Assembly (NCBI GenBank): GCA_964019335.1
Contig: OZ025648.1
Location: 1,054,001 to 1,118,000 of the forward strand
Direction of reading: 5' to 3'
Length of the DNA stretch: 64,000 nucleotides
From: Diplonema japonicum
Lineage: Eukaryota; Protista; Euglenozoa: Diplonemea
Shown here: positions 36,216 to 46,684 of the stretch, in pieces
How the letters are laid out: every line of letters begins with the position of its first letter
Numbering within the stretch: position 1 is the first letter of the stretch
Translations under genes and position numbers: made by a program
Notes under the pieces: generated by a model
Seen by the model: only the letters and a program-made list of their open reading frames with translations
What the model was told of the DNA's origin: nothing
Databases searched by the model: none

Positions 36216-36342
36216 ATAGCTATTTACTGCCACACATCGAGGCGCTGTTAACGTCATTAGTGATATTTTTCACAGGGGCAACAAAAAAAAAAAAAGGTAT
36301 GAGCGCCCTGAGTGCGTGACGTAATTTCAGAAGAGGTGAAAT
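36215..36342 (-). mobile_element. Short internally deleted relative of the 60333-61002 element, inverted
   Basis: 36215-36232 AATAGCTATTTACTGCCA is the reverse complement of 60984-61001. Reverse complement of 36311-36342 (ATTTCACCTCTTCTGAAATTACGTCACGCACT) closely matches 60333-60363 (ATTTCACTCTTCAGAAATTACTTCACGCACT). Confidence 0.65.
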
Positions 36343-36777
36343 TCATAGCTATTTTATTCACAACAAACAACATCAACGAATACTGAATTTCTTCCGTCAC
36401 TCGAGTGAAATGAACAAAAGCTTTCCCTTTTTTTCCCGAGAGAACGACAGAAATAGTAAATAAAATACCAAAAGAAAAAGCCCACCAATACTTTTTTGGT
36501 TTAATTTTAGAGGGAGGGGGGGGTGGGATGAGGGGGAAGAAATAATGGGGGGAAACAAAAAAAGGGAATATCCGATCGCTTCTGCGGTACTTTTTATTTT
36601 TTATTTTTATTTTTTTTGTTTTTGTTTTTTTTTTGTTTCTATTTGCTGCATGGGAAGTATCTCATCTACCCACCTTTTTTTTTTTTGGCACCCCCTTGCC
36701 CGTCCTTGTGTCTTTTCTTTTCCCCCCCTGCTTTTTTTCTTTTTTTCAAATCAGAAACATTTCAGGGGGGGTCCACC

Positions 36778-39300
36778 ATGAAGGGCTTTGTGAAAACGTG
36801 CCTAGGTCAGGGCGAAAGCGAATCCGAGCGATTCGTTCGAAAATTCACAGAACAGGCGAATGGCGAAGTAGACGATGCATGGCGTGCAAACTATGCCGAC
36901 GGTGAGCTCCTTTTGCACTGCGAACAATCGCGAGACGACCAAGGAATTGAACTTCTCCCCACAACCCTCGAGTTCTGCTGGGCGGAGTCCTTCCAAAGAA
37001 GTAGCACCGCGTTCACCAAACAGCTCGACCTGCTGCGCGACAACTGGACCATGATGCGGCGCACCCTCGACAAGTATGAAGACGAAAACATTGGAATCCA
37101 GTCCGAACAGTCGCGCGCCATGGTCCACGTGCTGCGCCGCATGACCGAAGACCACTACAGAGAACTCATGAAACTACAAATTTTCCAATACTGGCACCGA
37201 AACCTTTTCGAGCGTGCGGAAAACCTTGTACCAGATGTGTACGAGAACAACATTGCAGACAAAGAATGGTGGGCAGGCAAGGACGGAGCGATCTTCCGCA
37301 ACAGGCTCATTCTGGGAGTGGAGATGAAACTGGTGACCGAACGATACGCCCAGTTCAGGGCACACACCAACGCTGATATGAAAGGCAAGCAACGAGGTGC
37401 GCTGTCGGAAATGGTAACACTGGAGCAGGCAGACGCTATGCTGTCTGAGCGCAGAGTGCATCACCCACCGCCGCCAGGGCTTATATGCCTGTTCGGCGTG
37501 TCAAGCGGTGTGATTTTGACTTTTGTGGTGGTGCTGTGCTTCCTCTTCACCATCGACCCTGTCGATTCGTACGACCCTGATAAGCACCTTTACGACATCG
37601 TGCCTTACTTCAGGGGCTACATCGTGATCTACGTGGCACTGTGGCTGTGGGCGCTTGTCGTGTATCGAATGGAGCGCCGCCGCATTAATTACCCGTACTT
37701 CTTAAACCTCTCTGGGAAGACGATCAAGGCCCTTCACATCGCACAGGGAGCCGCCATGCTGACGGCCTTGTGCGCAGCATGCTTCACGTTTTATCTGGCG
37801 GAGGTCCGGGCGGGCCTCAGACTGGTTCCCTTCTTCCGCAGCAACCCGCGGTACTTCATCCTCGTCAACGCGGTGACTCCTGTCGCTGTTCTGCTGTGCC
37901 CCTTTAAGGTCATGCAGCACAGCACGCGCCTGTGGCTTTGCAGGGTGCTGCTGGCCATCCTCATCACCCCGATCCTTCCCTGTACCTTTGAAGGGAACTT
38001 CATAACTGATTATCTCACGTCGCTTGTGAAGCCCATCCTGGACCTCTCGCTTACCATGTGCTCAATGCTGACAGGCAGGATGCTGCGTGACCCGCTAGTG
38101 CACACGGACAACACATGCTCGCGAGACGGGGTGCTGATGCCGTCTCTGTGTGCCCTTGCCCCATTGTCGTGGAGGCTTTTACAATGTTGGCGGAGGGGTA
38201 TCTTGGAGCCTCTTGTACTGGCGAAACCCAGGAAGCCAGTGGTGCCCCAACGACTTCATGGCGAGGAGGACCTGCAAAGCCCGGAGAGCCTTCTTGGTGA
38301 ATGGAAGGTGCACGACACTGGCACCGTGTTCACGCTGTGCAAGGGGGAGCTAAGGGGAAGCGTTGTCTTCAAGTTCTTCGACGAGAGTGGGGATCTGGCC
38401 ACCACTACAGACGTGAACTCCGATGTCGAGACGCAAATGCTGAACGCAACCTTCCACTGCGAGCTGCGGGGCCTGGACAGAACAGAAGGGAGAGGGAAGA
38501 CAAGCTCCCGCAAAATATCGATAAGCCACCACAAGATAGAGGATGACATGGTGGCCGAGATAGAGGTGACGTGTGTGATCGAGTCGGAGGAGTACTGCGT
38601 GACAAAGCTCGCCAGTAGACACAATCCTTCCACAGCACGCAGACCCATTGTGTGGCCGCACTGCGTGAACATGGGGAAGTATATGTTTTCGATAATCCCG
38701 GTGGTGGTGGGGCTCTTTCACAGCGAGTGGGGCAAACGTTCCATGCACGACTGGCCTGTGGGGCGGGTCATATATGTCTTTTTGTTGCTGTTCTCCACGT
38801 GCTACTCGTACCTGTGGGATGTGTTCATGGATTGGGGTTTGTGGAAGCAGAACACGTTTCCCCCGCGAGGCCTGGTGGAGTGCTGCGGGGGGCTGGTGTG
38901 GAGGAACACGTCTGTCGATTTTAGATCGAAGTGGTTTTTCTTGCTGGTGATGATGTACAACTTGTTGGGGAGGTTGGCATGGACATTCACCCTAGTGGCA
39001 GAGCCAAGCCTGCTGGGGCTGAACACGAGCGACGGAAACAAAGAAGTCTTGACACTAATCACGAGTCTCATTGAGGTCTGCCGAAGATCTTCATGGGGGT
39101 TGATCAGGCTAGGGCACGAGCATGACGTGGATGTAGGCAGTTGTAATGGGGGAAGCGCCATTCCCCTCCTCATGGCCCACACCCCTTGGACCAAACCAGG
39201 CCAGGCAGCACTATTACACCGTTTTGCGCTGCATCCTACGAATGCCAATAATAATGATGAAACTATCCACCTCTCTGGTCTGGAGGGCACCATTAATTGA
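36778..39300 (+). CDS. EXS-domain protein, XPR1/PHO1/SYG1 family phosphate exporter-like, with a divergent SPX-like N-terminus
   Basis: RINYPYFL, FITDYLTSL, WRLLQCWRR, NMGKY, YSYLWDVFMDWGL, LGRLAW and EVCRRSSWGLIRLGHEH are EXS family motifs. Confidence 0.85.
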   Translation: MKGFVKTCLGQGESESERFVRKFTEQANGEVDDAWRANYADGELLLHCEQSRDDQGIELLPTTLEFCWAESFQRSSTAFTKQLDLLRDNWTMMRRTLDKYEDENIGIQSEQSRAMVHVLRRMTEDHYRELMKLQIFQYWHRNLFERAENLVPDVYENNIADKEWWAGKDGAIFRNRLILGVEMKLVTERYAQFRAHTNADMKGKQRGALSEMVTLEQADAMLSERRVHHPPPPGLICLFGVSSGVILTFVVVLCFLFTIDPVDSYDPDKHLYDIVPYFRGYIVIYVALWLWALVVYRMERRRINYPYFLNLSGKTIKALHIAQGAAMLTALCAACFTFYLAEVRAGLRLVPFFRSNPRYFILVNAVTPVAVLLCPFKVMQHSTRLWLCRVLLAILITPILPCTFEGNFITDYLTSLVKPILDLSLTMCSMLTGRMLRDPLVHTDNTCSRDGVLMPSLCALAPLSWRLLQCWRRGILEPLVLAKPRKPVVPQRLHGEEDLQSPESLLGEWKVHDTGTVFTLCKGELRGSVVFKFFDESGDLATTTDVNSDVETQMLNATFHCELRGLDRTEGRGKTSSRKISISHHKIEDDMVAEIEVTCVIESEEYCVTKLASRHNPSTARRPIVWPHCVNMGKYMFSIIPVVVGLFHSEWGKRSMHDWPVGRVIYVFLLLFSTCYSYLWDVFMDWGLWKQNTFPPRGLVECCGGLVWRNTSVDFRSKWFFLLVMMYNLLGRLAWTFTLVAEPSLLGLNTSDGNKEVLTLITSLIEVCRRSSWGLIRLGHEHDVDVGSCNGGSAIPLLMAHTPWTKPGQAALLHRFALHPTNANNNDETIHLSGLEGTIN

Positions 39301-39470
39301 TTTTTCTCAAATTTTTTTTTTAACGCATTCTTTTTTTTTTTTGTTTGTAAAAAGGAGACGCAAAAGAAATTTTAAAAAAAAGATCTTTAAAAAGAAAGAA
39401 GGGAAGAGAATAAAAACATACCTCCACCCGATGGTAGAGAGGGGTCCTTTTTCTTCCTCTTTTTTTTTTT

Positions 39471-40463
39471 ATCACCGGAGGGGTCCCCTACCTTAGCCCG
39501 CATGCAGGAACGAATCAAAGAAGCGTCCCCCTGGCACCAGAAGGTGACGGCACCGAAGAAGTCGAAGAGAGCATAAGCCAAGTCCCAACAACGACAGTAT
39601 CACGCACACAAGGGTTCAGGTGCGACCTGTGTGAATCACCGTACCCGGACACGGTAACCCTACTCCGCCACCAACTCTACGAGTGCGCCTGCGCACAGGA
39701 AGAGCTAGCACAGGACGGCTTGGAACCACTGCGCAACAGGACAGGATGGCCCCTATGTCTGGAATTGCACGCGATTCTGCCGAGAGGACATGACTTTGCG
39801 TACCTAGAGAAGCTGCAACGATACTTAACCGTGGTGGTTGAGAAACGAGACGTAGAGCTCATGCAGAAGGAGGATGTCAACACACAGCCGCTACCGTGGA
39901 TTCGAAATGTGGTAGGTAAGAAATGCCCCGTTCCGATAGCTGGCGAGCTCGAAGGAGTGAGCGGGGTCCTGTCCCAGTACCTGAACCCGCTGCTACAATG
40001 GTTGTCACAACTGCGCTGGGTGGAGAAGGACACCACCTCGGAGGTGTCGGCGGTGGAACTGGCCATTGACTTCGAATGGACGACCGGAAAGTCTTTGGGA
40101 GGCCTGCTGGAAGATAGGGCGCGCAGAATCAAAGCTCTCATCGTAAAGATAAACACAGCATGCAGGGCACGGAAGAAGCGACGCCCCTTCCCAGCGGACG
40201 AGAGAGAGTGAAGTCCCTCATCGCCATTGGAGGAAAGGCAGCTATTGGTTTCTCCAGGAGGCCTATTTTCGCCACCCGCTCCACGCACGACAAGCTAATG
40301 GAATTGAAAGCCGACTACAAGCGGGACCGCATCACACGACTCCGCAAGACGCTCACGGCCTCAATCGGAATGAAAGCAATGCTCCAGAAGGGGAGTATTA
40401 ACAGATAGACCCCCCCCTCCCATAGGGCGGCCCTCTAGCGGGGGGCTTGTCCTGTACTTTGAG
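39471..40463 (+). mobile_element. 5'-truncated non-LTR retrotransposon 3' end (ORF2 zinc-knuckle region), frameshifted
   Basis: Frame is open from 39471 with no start: ITGGVPYLSP...CDLCESPYPDTVTLLRHQLYEC (CxxC...H...C zf-RVT-like). Frameshift in a (GA)n run at ~40200. Homologous to 59137-60240, and its 3' 238 bp recur at 56973-57210. Flanked by T-tracts. Confidence 0.75.
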
Positions 40464-41417
40464 TTTTTTTTTTCTTAATAGATTTTTTTTATCTTGTTTT
40501 CTTTTTTTAATTATAACGCCAACTTTTATTCTCTATTAACTTTCCTTTTCCTTGTGAATTTTTTTTTTCCCCCCTTTCCCCATCCCTGTCGTGTGATATG
40601 TAGCTATATGGCTCTTGCTTGCAGGATGAATAATGTCAAAACCTCTCTTATTTTGTTATTTTTCCTTTTTTTTTTCTTTTTTTTCCTCTCTAAACGGCAT
40701 TGGCGCAAGAAGTTGACATTGTCTTGACCCGTGCCCGAATTTACCACACAGCGAGACGGGGTGCGGGTATCTTTTTTTTTTTCTTTTTTTTTTCTTTTTT
40801 CTTTTTTTTTTTTTTTTCCCCATTCTTCGCAACTACGGCCTTTAACAACGCTGACAAAAGAAGAAGAAAAAAATGATGAAAGAGGGAGAAAAGGAACTCT
40901 TTTTTTTTTTACTCCGCCAAAGTGGTGGGGATAACATGATGGAGAAGTACATCAGATGTGTTGTTCGCTGTTGACCTGCACTCTGGGGTGACGAACAGGC
41001 AAGCACAAAAACCTTAAAAAAAAGAAAAAGAATAGAGAACATGACACATGTTTATGTTTTGCCCTCCGGGAAGGTGCTGGGTGCTTCACACAAGACGACG
41101 GGTGCGTCACAAGAGACCGAAAAGATTTTATTTTTTACTTGGAAAGCTTTTATTCTGGTGAAAATCTTCGCCCAAAAGTGGAACGGGAGGAATACACATG
41201 TGATGTAAAACGCAAAGAAAAAGAAAAAAGAACAATTTCCTTTTTTTTTCCCTGAAGTGGGGAAAAAAAACAAAAAAAAAAAAAAACCTCTTGCTCCTTT
41301 TTTTTTTTTTTTTTTTTTCTTGTTTCCCCTTAAAATCTCCCGTCTCCAACAACCCCCAAAAACCCTTCCAAAAAAAAAAAAAAAAATGACACAATTTCAC
41401 AGGAAGCGTAGAACTTC

Positions 41418-41467
<50 letters not shown>

Positions 41468-41468
41468 A

Positions 41469-42944
41469 ATGTCGCAACACAACCGGCAGCGTCCCGAATG
41501 GTACGGATATGTAGTGCTAGCTGCAGGAGTACTTATCCACCTGTGCTTGGGCACCACGTACTGTTGGGGCAACATGACAACCTACATCACAAGCTACCTG
41601 AGACGGTCGCACCCTTCAGTGCAGTACAGCGACACATACTGGGTCTACACCAGCGTCCCTTCAGGACAGGCCTTAGTCATGCCTTTCAGCGGGTGGCTAC
41701 AACTAAAGGTCGGCACACGCATAACCACATGGCTGGGCACACTATGCGTGGTAGGTGCTCTGTTGCTAAGCCACTTCACTGTGGAAAACGGTGTTGCGGC
41801 ATTGGTGGGCTCGTACGGTGTGCTGTTTGGAGTAGGCGTGGGCCTGACCTATACCTGCCCCGTCACGGCGGCCATAAGCTACCTCCCGGAAAAGAAAGGT
41901 CTTGTCAATGGTATCATTGTAATGGGATTCGGTTTGGGTGCTTTTGTGATGAACTTCGTGATCACATCGTATCTCAACCCGCACAACTGTAAACCGCAAT
42001 GTCCTGGAATGCACAATGACTACCCGCAGTTCAGCTGCCCCACATGGACGCCCTCACCTACCACAAACACATCGGAGGTACCGGACTGCGATGGTGATGA
42101 CAAGTACTTCCCACCGAATTCGTCTGTTACTAATAATGTTCCCAACCTCTTCCTTCTCTTGGGTGGGATCTACAGTGTTATGATGACGTTTGGGTCGATG
42201 TTCATTGTGGAGCGAGACCGTAGTCTATTGGGGTTGTGGGGGCATGTTGGTGATGGTGATTCGGATGAAGAGAACGAGGAGCTTGTGAAACCCGAGCTGC
42301 AGGAACGAAACAAAAAACTGAACGAGGATGTCCCCACACTGGAGGTTGTTAAAACAAAGCTTGGGTGGTTGTTGTGGGGGAATTTCTTGCTTACCGGCGT
42401 CGGGGGGATGTTTATCTTGGCGCAGTACAAAACCTTCGGGCAGAAGAGTTCCTGGTCTACAGACAATATCGAAGCCCACATTTCAAGTGCGATGTCGGTG
42501 GGGAACGCGTTTGGGCGGTTGTTTCACGGGTTTTTGTCTGATAAATATGGATTTCTTGCTGTGCTGACGGTGAGTACCGTATTTTCAAGCGCATTCCAAT
42601 TTACATTGTCTGTCACACATATAAGCGAATATTGGTTTGCTGTTTGGTGTTGTGTTATTGCGTTCTTGTACGGGGGTAATTTCTCGTTGTACCCTGCTGG
42701 CGTGGCGCAGTTGTGGGGGAAGAAGTACTTCCCCACAACCTATGCATTCTTATTCACTGGATTTGGTGTGGGTGGTATTGTTATCGGATTTGTCAACAAA
42801 TCTTTGGTAGACTCGATCGGTTTTTCTGGCATCACTATAATCCTGGGGTGCATCACTGCAGTGGGAATATTCAATACACTTTACATTAAAAGGATCGTGG
42901 CCAAAAATGAAGAGGAGGAGGAGGAAGAAACCGAAGAAGCTTAG
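41469..42944 (+). CDS. MFS transporter, oxalate:formate antiporter (OFA)-like
   Basis: IHLCLGTTYCWG, YGVLFGVGVGLTYTCP, PEKKGLVNGIIVMGFGLGA, NAFGRLFHGFLSDKYG and YGGNFSLYP motifs; ~12 hydrophobic helices. Confidence 0.9.
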   Translation: MSQHNRQRPEWYGYVVLAAGVLIHLCLGTTYCWGNMTTYITSYLRRSHPSVQYSDTYWVYTSVPSGQALVMPFSGWLQLKVGTRITTWLGTLCVVGALLLSHFTVENGVAALVGSYGVLFGVGVGLTYTCPVTAAISYLPEKKGLVNGIIVMGFGLGAFVMNFVITSYLNPHNCKPQCPGMHNDYPQFSCPTWTPSPTTNTSEVPDCDGDDKYFPPNSSVTNNVPNLFLLLGGIYSVMMTFGSMFIVERDRSLLGLWGHVGDGDSDEENEELVKPELQERNKKLNEDVPTLEVVKTKLGWLLWGNFLLTGVGGMFILAQYKTFGQKSSWSTDNIEAHISSAMSVGNAFGRLFHGFLSDKYGFLAVLTVSTVFSSAFQFTLSVTHISEYWFAVWCCVIAFLYGGNFSLYPAGVAQLWGKKYFPTTYAFLFTGFGVGGIVIGFVNKSLVDSIGFSGITIILGCITAVGIFNTLYIKRIVAKNEEEEEEETEEA

Positions 42945-43787
42945 GCTTTTTATTTCCCTTTTTTTTTGTTCTGTTCGTACACTTTCGCATTTCTTTTTTT
43001 TTTTTTTTTTGCTCGATCCCTTATATTCCCTTTAGATCTTTTTGTTCGGGCGGCAGGATCCCAAAGTGGTGTGTTCTCTTATTTTATTTTATTTTGCCTT
43101 GTTGTGTGTTATTTGATAGTCCGGACTTACAAAAATAGGGAATGAGAGGGGTGAGAAGCACGTCCGTGTGTGTTCTTCTTTTTTTTTTTTGAATCTTGAA
43201 GTGAGACCTCACAGTCTTAAAGTTTTTATACCTTCCTTTACATATTCAATATTATTTCCTTTGTGTTTTTTTTCTCTCTTCTTATGTTGTCTTTTTCTTT
43301 TTCTTTTTTCTGTTTTCTTTCTTTCCAACTTTCTTTTTTTTTCGCACCCCCTTTTATAAAAAGTAATAGCGGGGCAGAAACAATAAAAAAAAAGAGTAGC
43401 CGTTTTCACCTACAGCAGGGATAACGGACAAGCTGCCTCTACTCTTTTTTCACAGTGAGCACCCCATATGCACACTAAAGTTTTATTCGAGCTTTTTTAA
43501 TCGTTTTCAAAGTTTGTTTACTTTGTTAATCTTTATTTTTCATGACCTTTAACAAAAAGCCAAAACATTTTCCATAGGAGAAGGGCATGGCGGAGGGAGG
43601 GGGGGGGGGGGGGGAAGGGATATCATGGCTGCACTCCGCCGGGCCCAACCCCGCCTCCAATAGCCCTTTTTTTCCCCAAATGTTTTTTTTTTCTTCCCCC
43701 TTTTCTCTTCTCTTCTCCCCCCCCTCACCCTTTAAAAAAAAAATACAATACAAACAAAAAAAAAGAGGGGAAAAAAAAACACAAAAA

Positions 43788-44498
43788 ATGTACTTCATAG
43801 GAGTGTGCGGCGCGAGTGGAAGTGGTAAAACGACAGTATGCAAGAAGATGGTGGAAGGGGTCGGGGAAGGGCAGAGGGTGGCCGTTATCACGTTGGATTC
43901 CTTTTACAAGTCTCTCAACGAGACGCAGCACAACGACTTTTACAACTACAACTTCGACCACCCCAACGCATTTGACTTCGAAGGCGCGAAGCGATGCCTC
44001 AAGGAGCTCCAGGAGACAGGGCGTACGGAAATCCCAACATACTGTTTCGTCCGTCATGCCAGAACAGAGGAGATAGAAGTTATTGAGAACGTCGACATCA
44101 TTGTGTTCGAGGGGATCCTGATCCTCCATGATCCAGAAGTTCGCAAGATTTTGGATCTTTCAATTTTTGTCGACACCGACTTGGACACATGCTTGGTTCG
44201 CCGCATAAGGCGAGACACCAAGGAACGGGCTCGGACACTGGAATCGGTTTTGACGCAATATGAAAAAACTGTGAAGCCCTCTTTCGACTCCCACATTTCG
44301 CCCCTTCGAAAGTTCGCGGACGTGATTATCCCTCGAGGTGGCAGCAACCACAAGGCCATTGAGATCGTCACACAGCACATCTTACGAAAGCTTCACGAAG
44401 CGAACCCCCATGTTGATAAGGACGATAGCACTGCATACAACCTCTTGTCAGGGCTGGTTGACAGGAGTGCTGCGTCCAGCCCCGTGAATATGAAGTGA
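43788..44498 (+). CDS. udk: Uridine (uridine-cytidine) kinase
   Basis: IGVCGASGSGKTT P-loop, DSFYK, YNFDHPNAFD, FEGIL, RRIRRD..ER.R, QYEKTVKP and ADVIIPRG. Confidence 0.95.
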   Translation: MYFIGVCGASGSGKTTVCKKMVEGVGEGQRVAVITLDSFYKSLNETQHNDFYNYNFDHPNAFDFEGAKRCLKELQETGRTEIPTYCFVRHARTEEIEVIENVDIIVFEGILILHDPEVRKILDLSIFVDTDLDTCLVRRIRRDTKERARTLESVLTQYEKTVKPSFDSHISPLRKFADVIIPRGGSNHKAIEIVTQHILRKLHEANPHVDKDDSTAYNLLSGLVDRSAASSPVNMK

Positions 44499-44924
44499 AT
44501 TTGAAGCAAAAAAAAAAAAATAAATAAAACGAAAAATAAAAAATATGTCTAACGATTAAAAAGTGAGCAAAAAAAAAAAAAAAATCCCAGAGGAGGCTTT
44601 GCAGTCGGCCTGTGTTCCCATTTGATGACTGTGGTCTGTGAATGAACATGGAATGAATAAAGAATAAAGAAGATGGAAAGAAAGAAAGAAAGAAAAAAAA
44701 AAAGAAACAGTGCAAACCAACGTACACAAAACATTCTGTTCTTTTCTTTTCTTTTCTTTTTTTTTTCCCTCTCCTTTTTTCTTTTCTTTTTTTTTTTTGA
44801 AAAATTGATAAACCGGAACTTGGTCATGCCTTTTATTTCTTGTGCTCCCGAAGCAAAAAAAAGTCTTAAAAAAATGAAAATGCTTTCTTATCCCCCCCTC
44901 CCTGTCAGAATCTTTTTTTTTTAT

Positions 44925-44976
44925 AGATGAGAACAAGGGAAGCGTCTCATCTATAGATCTCCTTTCAAAACTCATA
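44925..44976 (+). mobile_element. Solo ~50-bp 3'-terminal remnant of the 59137-60287 retroelement family
   Basis: AGATGAGAACAAGGGAAGCGTCTCA..AGA.CTCCTTT..AACTCATA aligns with 60242-60287 (AGATGAGAACAAGGGGGCGTCTCA..AGACTTCCTTTAACTCATA). T-tracts on both sides. Confidence 0.6.
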
Positions 44977-45143
44977 CTTTTTTCCCCCCCTCTTCCGTTC
45001 ATAAGCATCATTTTCCCACCCTTCATATCTTATACTTTCACATTTTTTTTTTTTTTTGCCAATAATAAAAAAAAAAAAATCAGGGTAGAAAAGAAAAAAG
45101 AAAAAAAAAAAAGAAGACGTACCCACACCGGACGCACGATGAA

Positions 45144-46684
45144 ATGGGAGGGCATCACCACCACACCCTTGGGCATCACCACCACCATCACCACCACCAC
45201 CACCACCACCACCACCACCATCACCACCGTTCCCACCACTATGCAATGCATGCCATGCCCATTAATATGGGGTACCACCTTCCCTATTACCCGAACCCCA
45301 TTAAGTCGGAGTTTGAAAAGCCGCCGCCAAGGAAGAAGGAGGACCGCCCGTGCTACGCGCTGTCGATGGCTCTGCTGAACACGTATAAAGATATTAACTC
45401 GAAGTATTTCACGGTGAAGCGAAAGAACACCGGCGGCTGCAACAACGGATTCGACGATGAAAACGGCAACTATGTGATCCATCAGGGTGAGGAGATCAAC
45501 GGGCGGTACCTCGTCCACAGTGTGCTGGGAATGGGCTCTTTCGGTGTTGTGGTCAAGGCGTACGACACGGTGGACAGGGTCCCCGTCGCACTCAAGATAA
45601 TCAAAAACAAGAGAATCTTCACATCGCAATCGCAGATAGAAATCAACTTCCTCTTCCACATGAAGCGGGTTGCTTCTGACGACTGCAACATCGTCTCAGT
45701 CATCGATCACTTCACGTGGAACAACCATGCTGTCATTGTCATGGAGCTGTTGTGTATTAATCTGTACGAACTGCTCCGGCTGACAGAGATGAAGGGCGTC
45801 CCGCTTGTCCCTGTCGCTGGTGTCGGTCGGGAACTGCTCAAGACGCTCAGCTTCCTCCGTTCGGAGCGAATCGTGCACTGCGATCTGAAACCAGAGAACA
45901 TCCTCTTGCGGTCGCGCGACTCCTCCCGCGTCAAGGTTATCGACTTCGGTGCCGCTTGCTCACGGGGCCAGACTATCTACAACTATATCCAAACGCGATT
46001 TTACCGGGCTCCGGAGGTTATTCTAGGTTTGAAAAAAAAAAAAAAAAAAAAAAAAAAAAGATTTTCTCTTTTTTTTTTCATAACAAACATCAGGCATCCC
46101 TTACTCCCACCCCATTGACATGTGGTCTTTGGGAACCGTGCTGGTTGAGCTTCATGTTGGGAAGCCTTTGCTTGAAGGGCAGTGTGAACTGGGGCAGTTG
46201 AATAAAGTATGAAAAAAAAAAGAAAGGAGGGGGAAAAAACTTTTTTTTCAAACCCCAGATGGTCGAGGTCCTTGGCCCGCTTCCCACCGATCTCGTTATG
46301 CGTGCGTCTCGGGAAAAGTTGAAAAAGTACTTTACTCGTGAGTCTGATGACGCAGAGTGGCAGTTGAAACCACCTCCGACACCCTTGGCACCATCCCCTA
46401 CTTTAGAGGACCTTCTTAGTTCTAGCGGCCCTTCCACTTTCGGGCACAGCAACGATGAGTACAAAATATTTAAGGATTTCATAAAGCAAGCTCTTGCTTA
46501 CTCCCCCGAGAAGCGATTACTACCCAATGACGGGCTGAATCATGATTTCATCGTAAAGCTATCAGGACAAAAGCGCCCCTCTGGAGATGAGGAAGAGGAG
46601 GAAGAAGAAGAAGAAGAAGACGAGGAAGAGGAAGAAGAGGAAGAGGAAGAGGATGTCTCGTCCCAAGGTTTGAAAGAGAAATAG
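45144..46684 (+). CDS. DYRK1: Class 1 DYRK dual-specificity kinase with N-terminal poly-His and C-terminal poly-Glu; 3 exons (introns 46027-46093, 46207-46258)
   Basis: LSMALLNTYKDIN (DYRK1 N-terminal motif), DH box NGFDDENGNY, LGMGSFGVV, HCDLKPENIL, DFG, YNYIQTRFYRAPE. The two GT-AG introns restore IDMWSLG and MVEVLG. Confidence 0.9.

Noticed and set aside
40190-40215. Programmed frameshift in the retroelement ORF
   Set aside because: The shift lies in a (GA)n run and the homologue at 59137 is continuous there, so slippage or an assembly error is the simpler explanation.
41041-41208. Short ORF MTHVYVLPSGK...
   Set aside because: Under 60 codons with no motif or other support.
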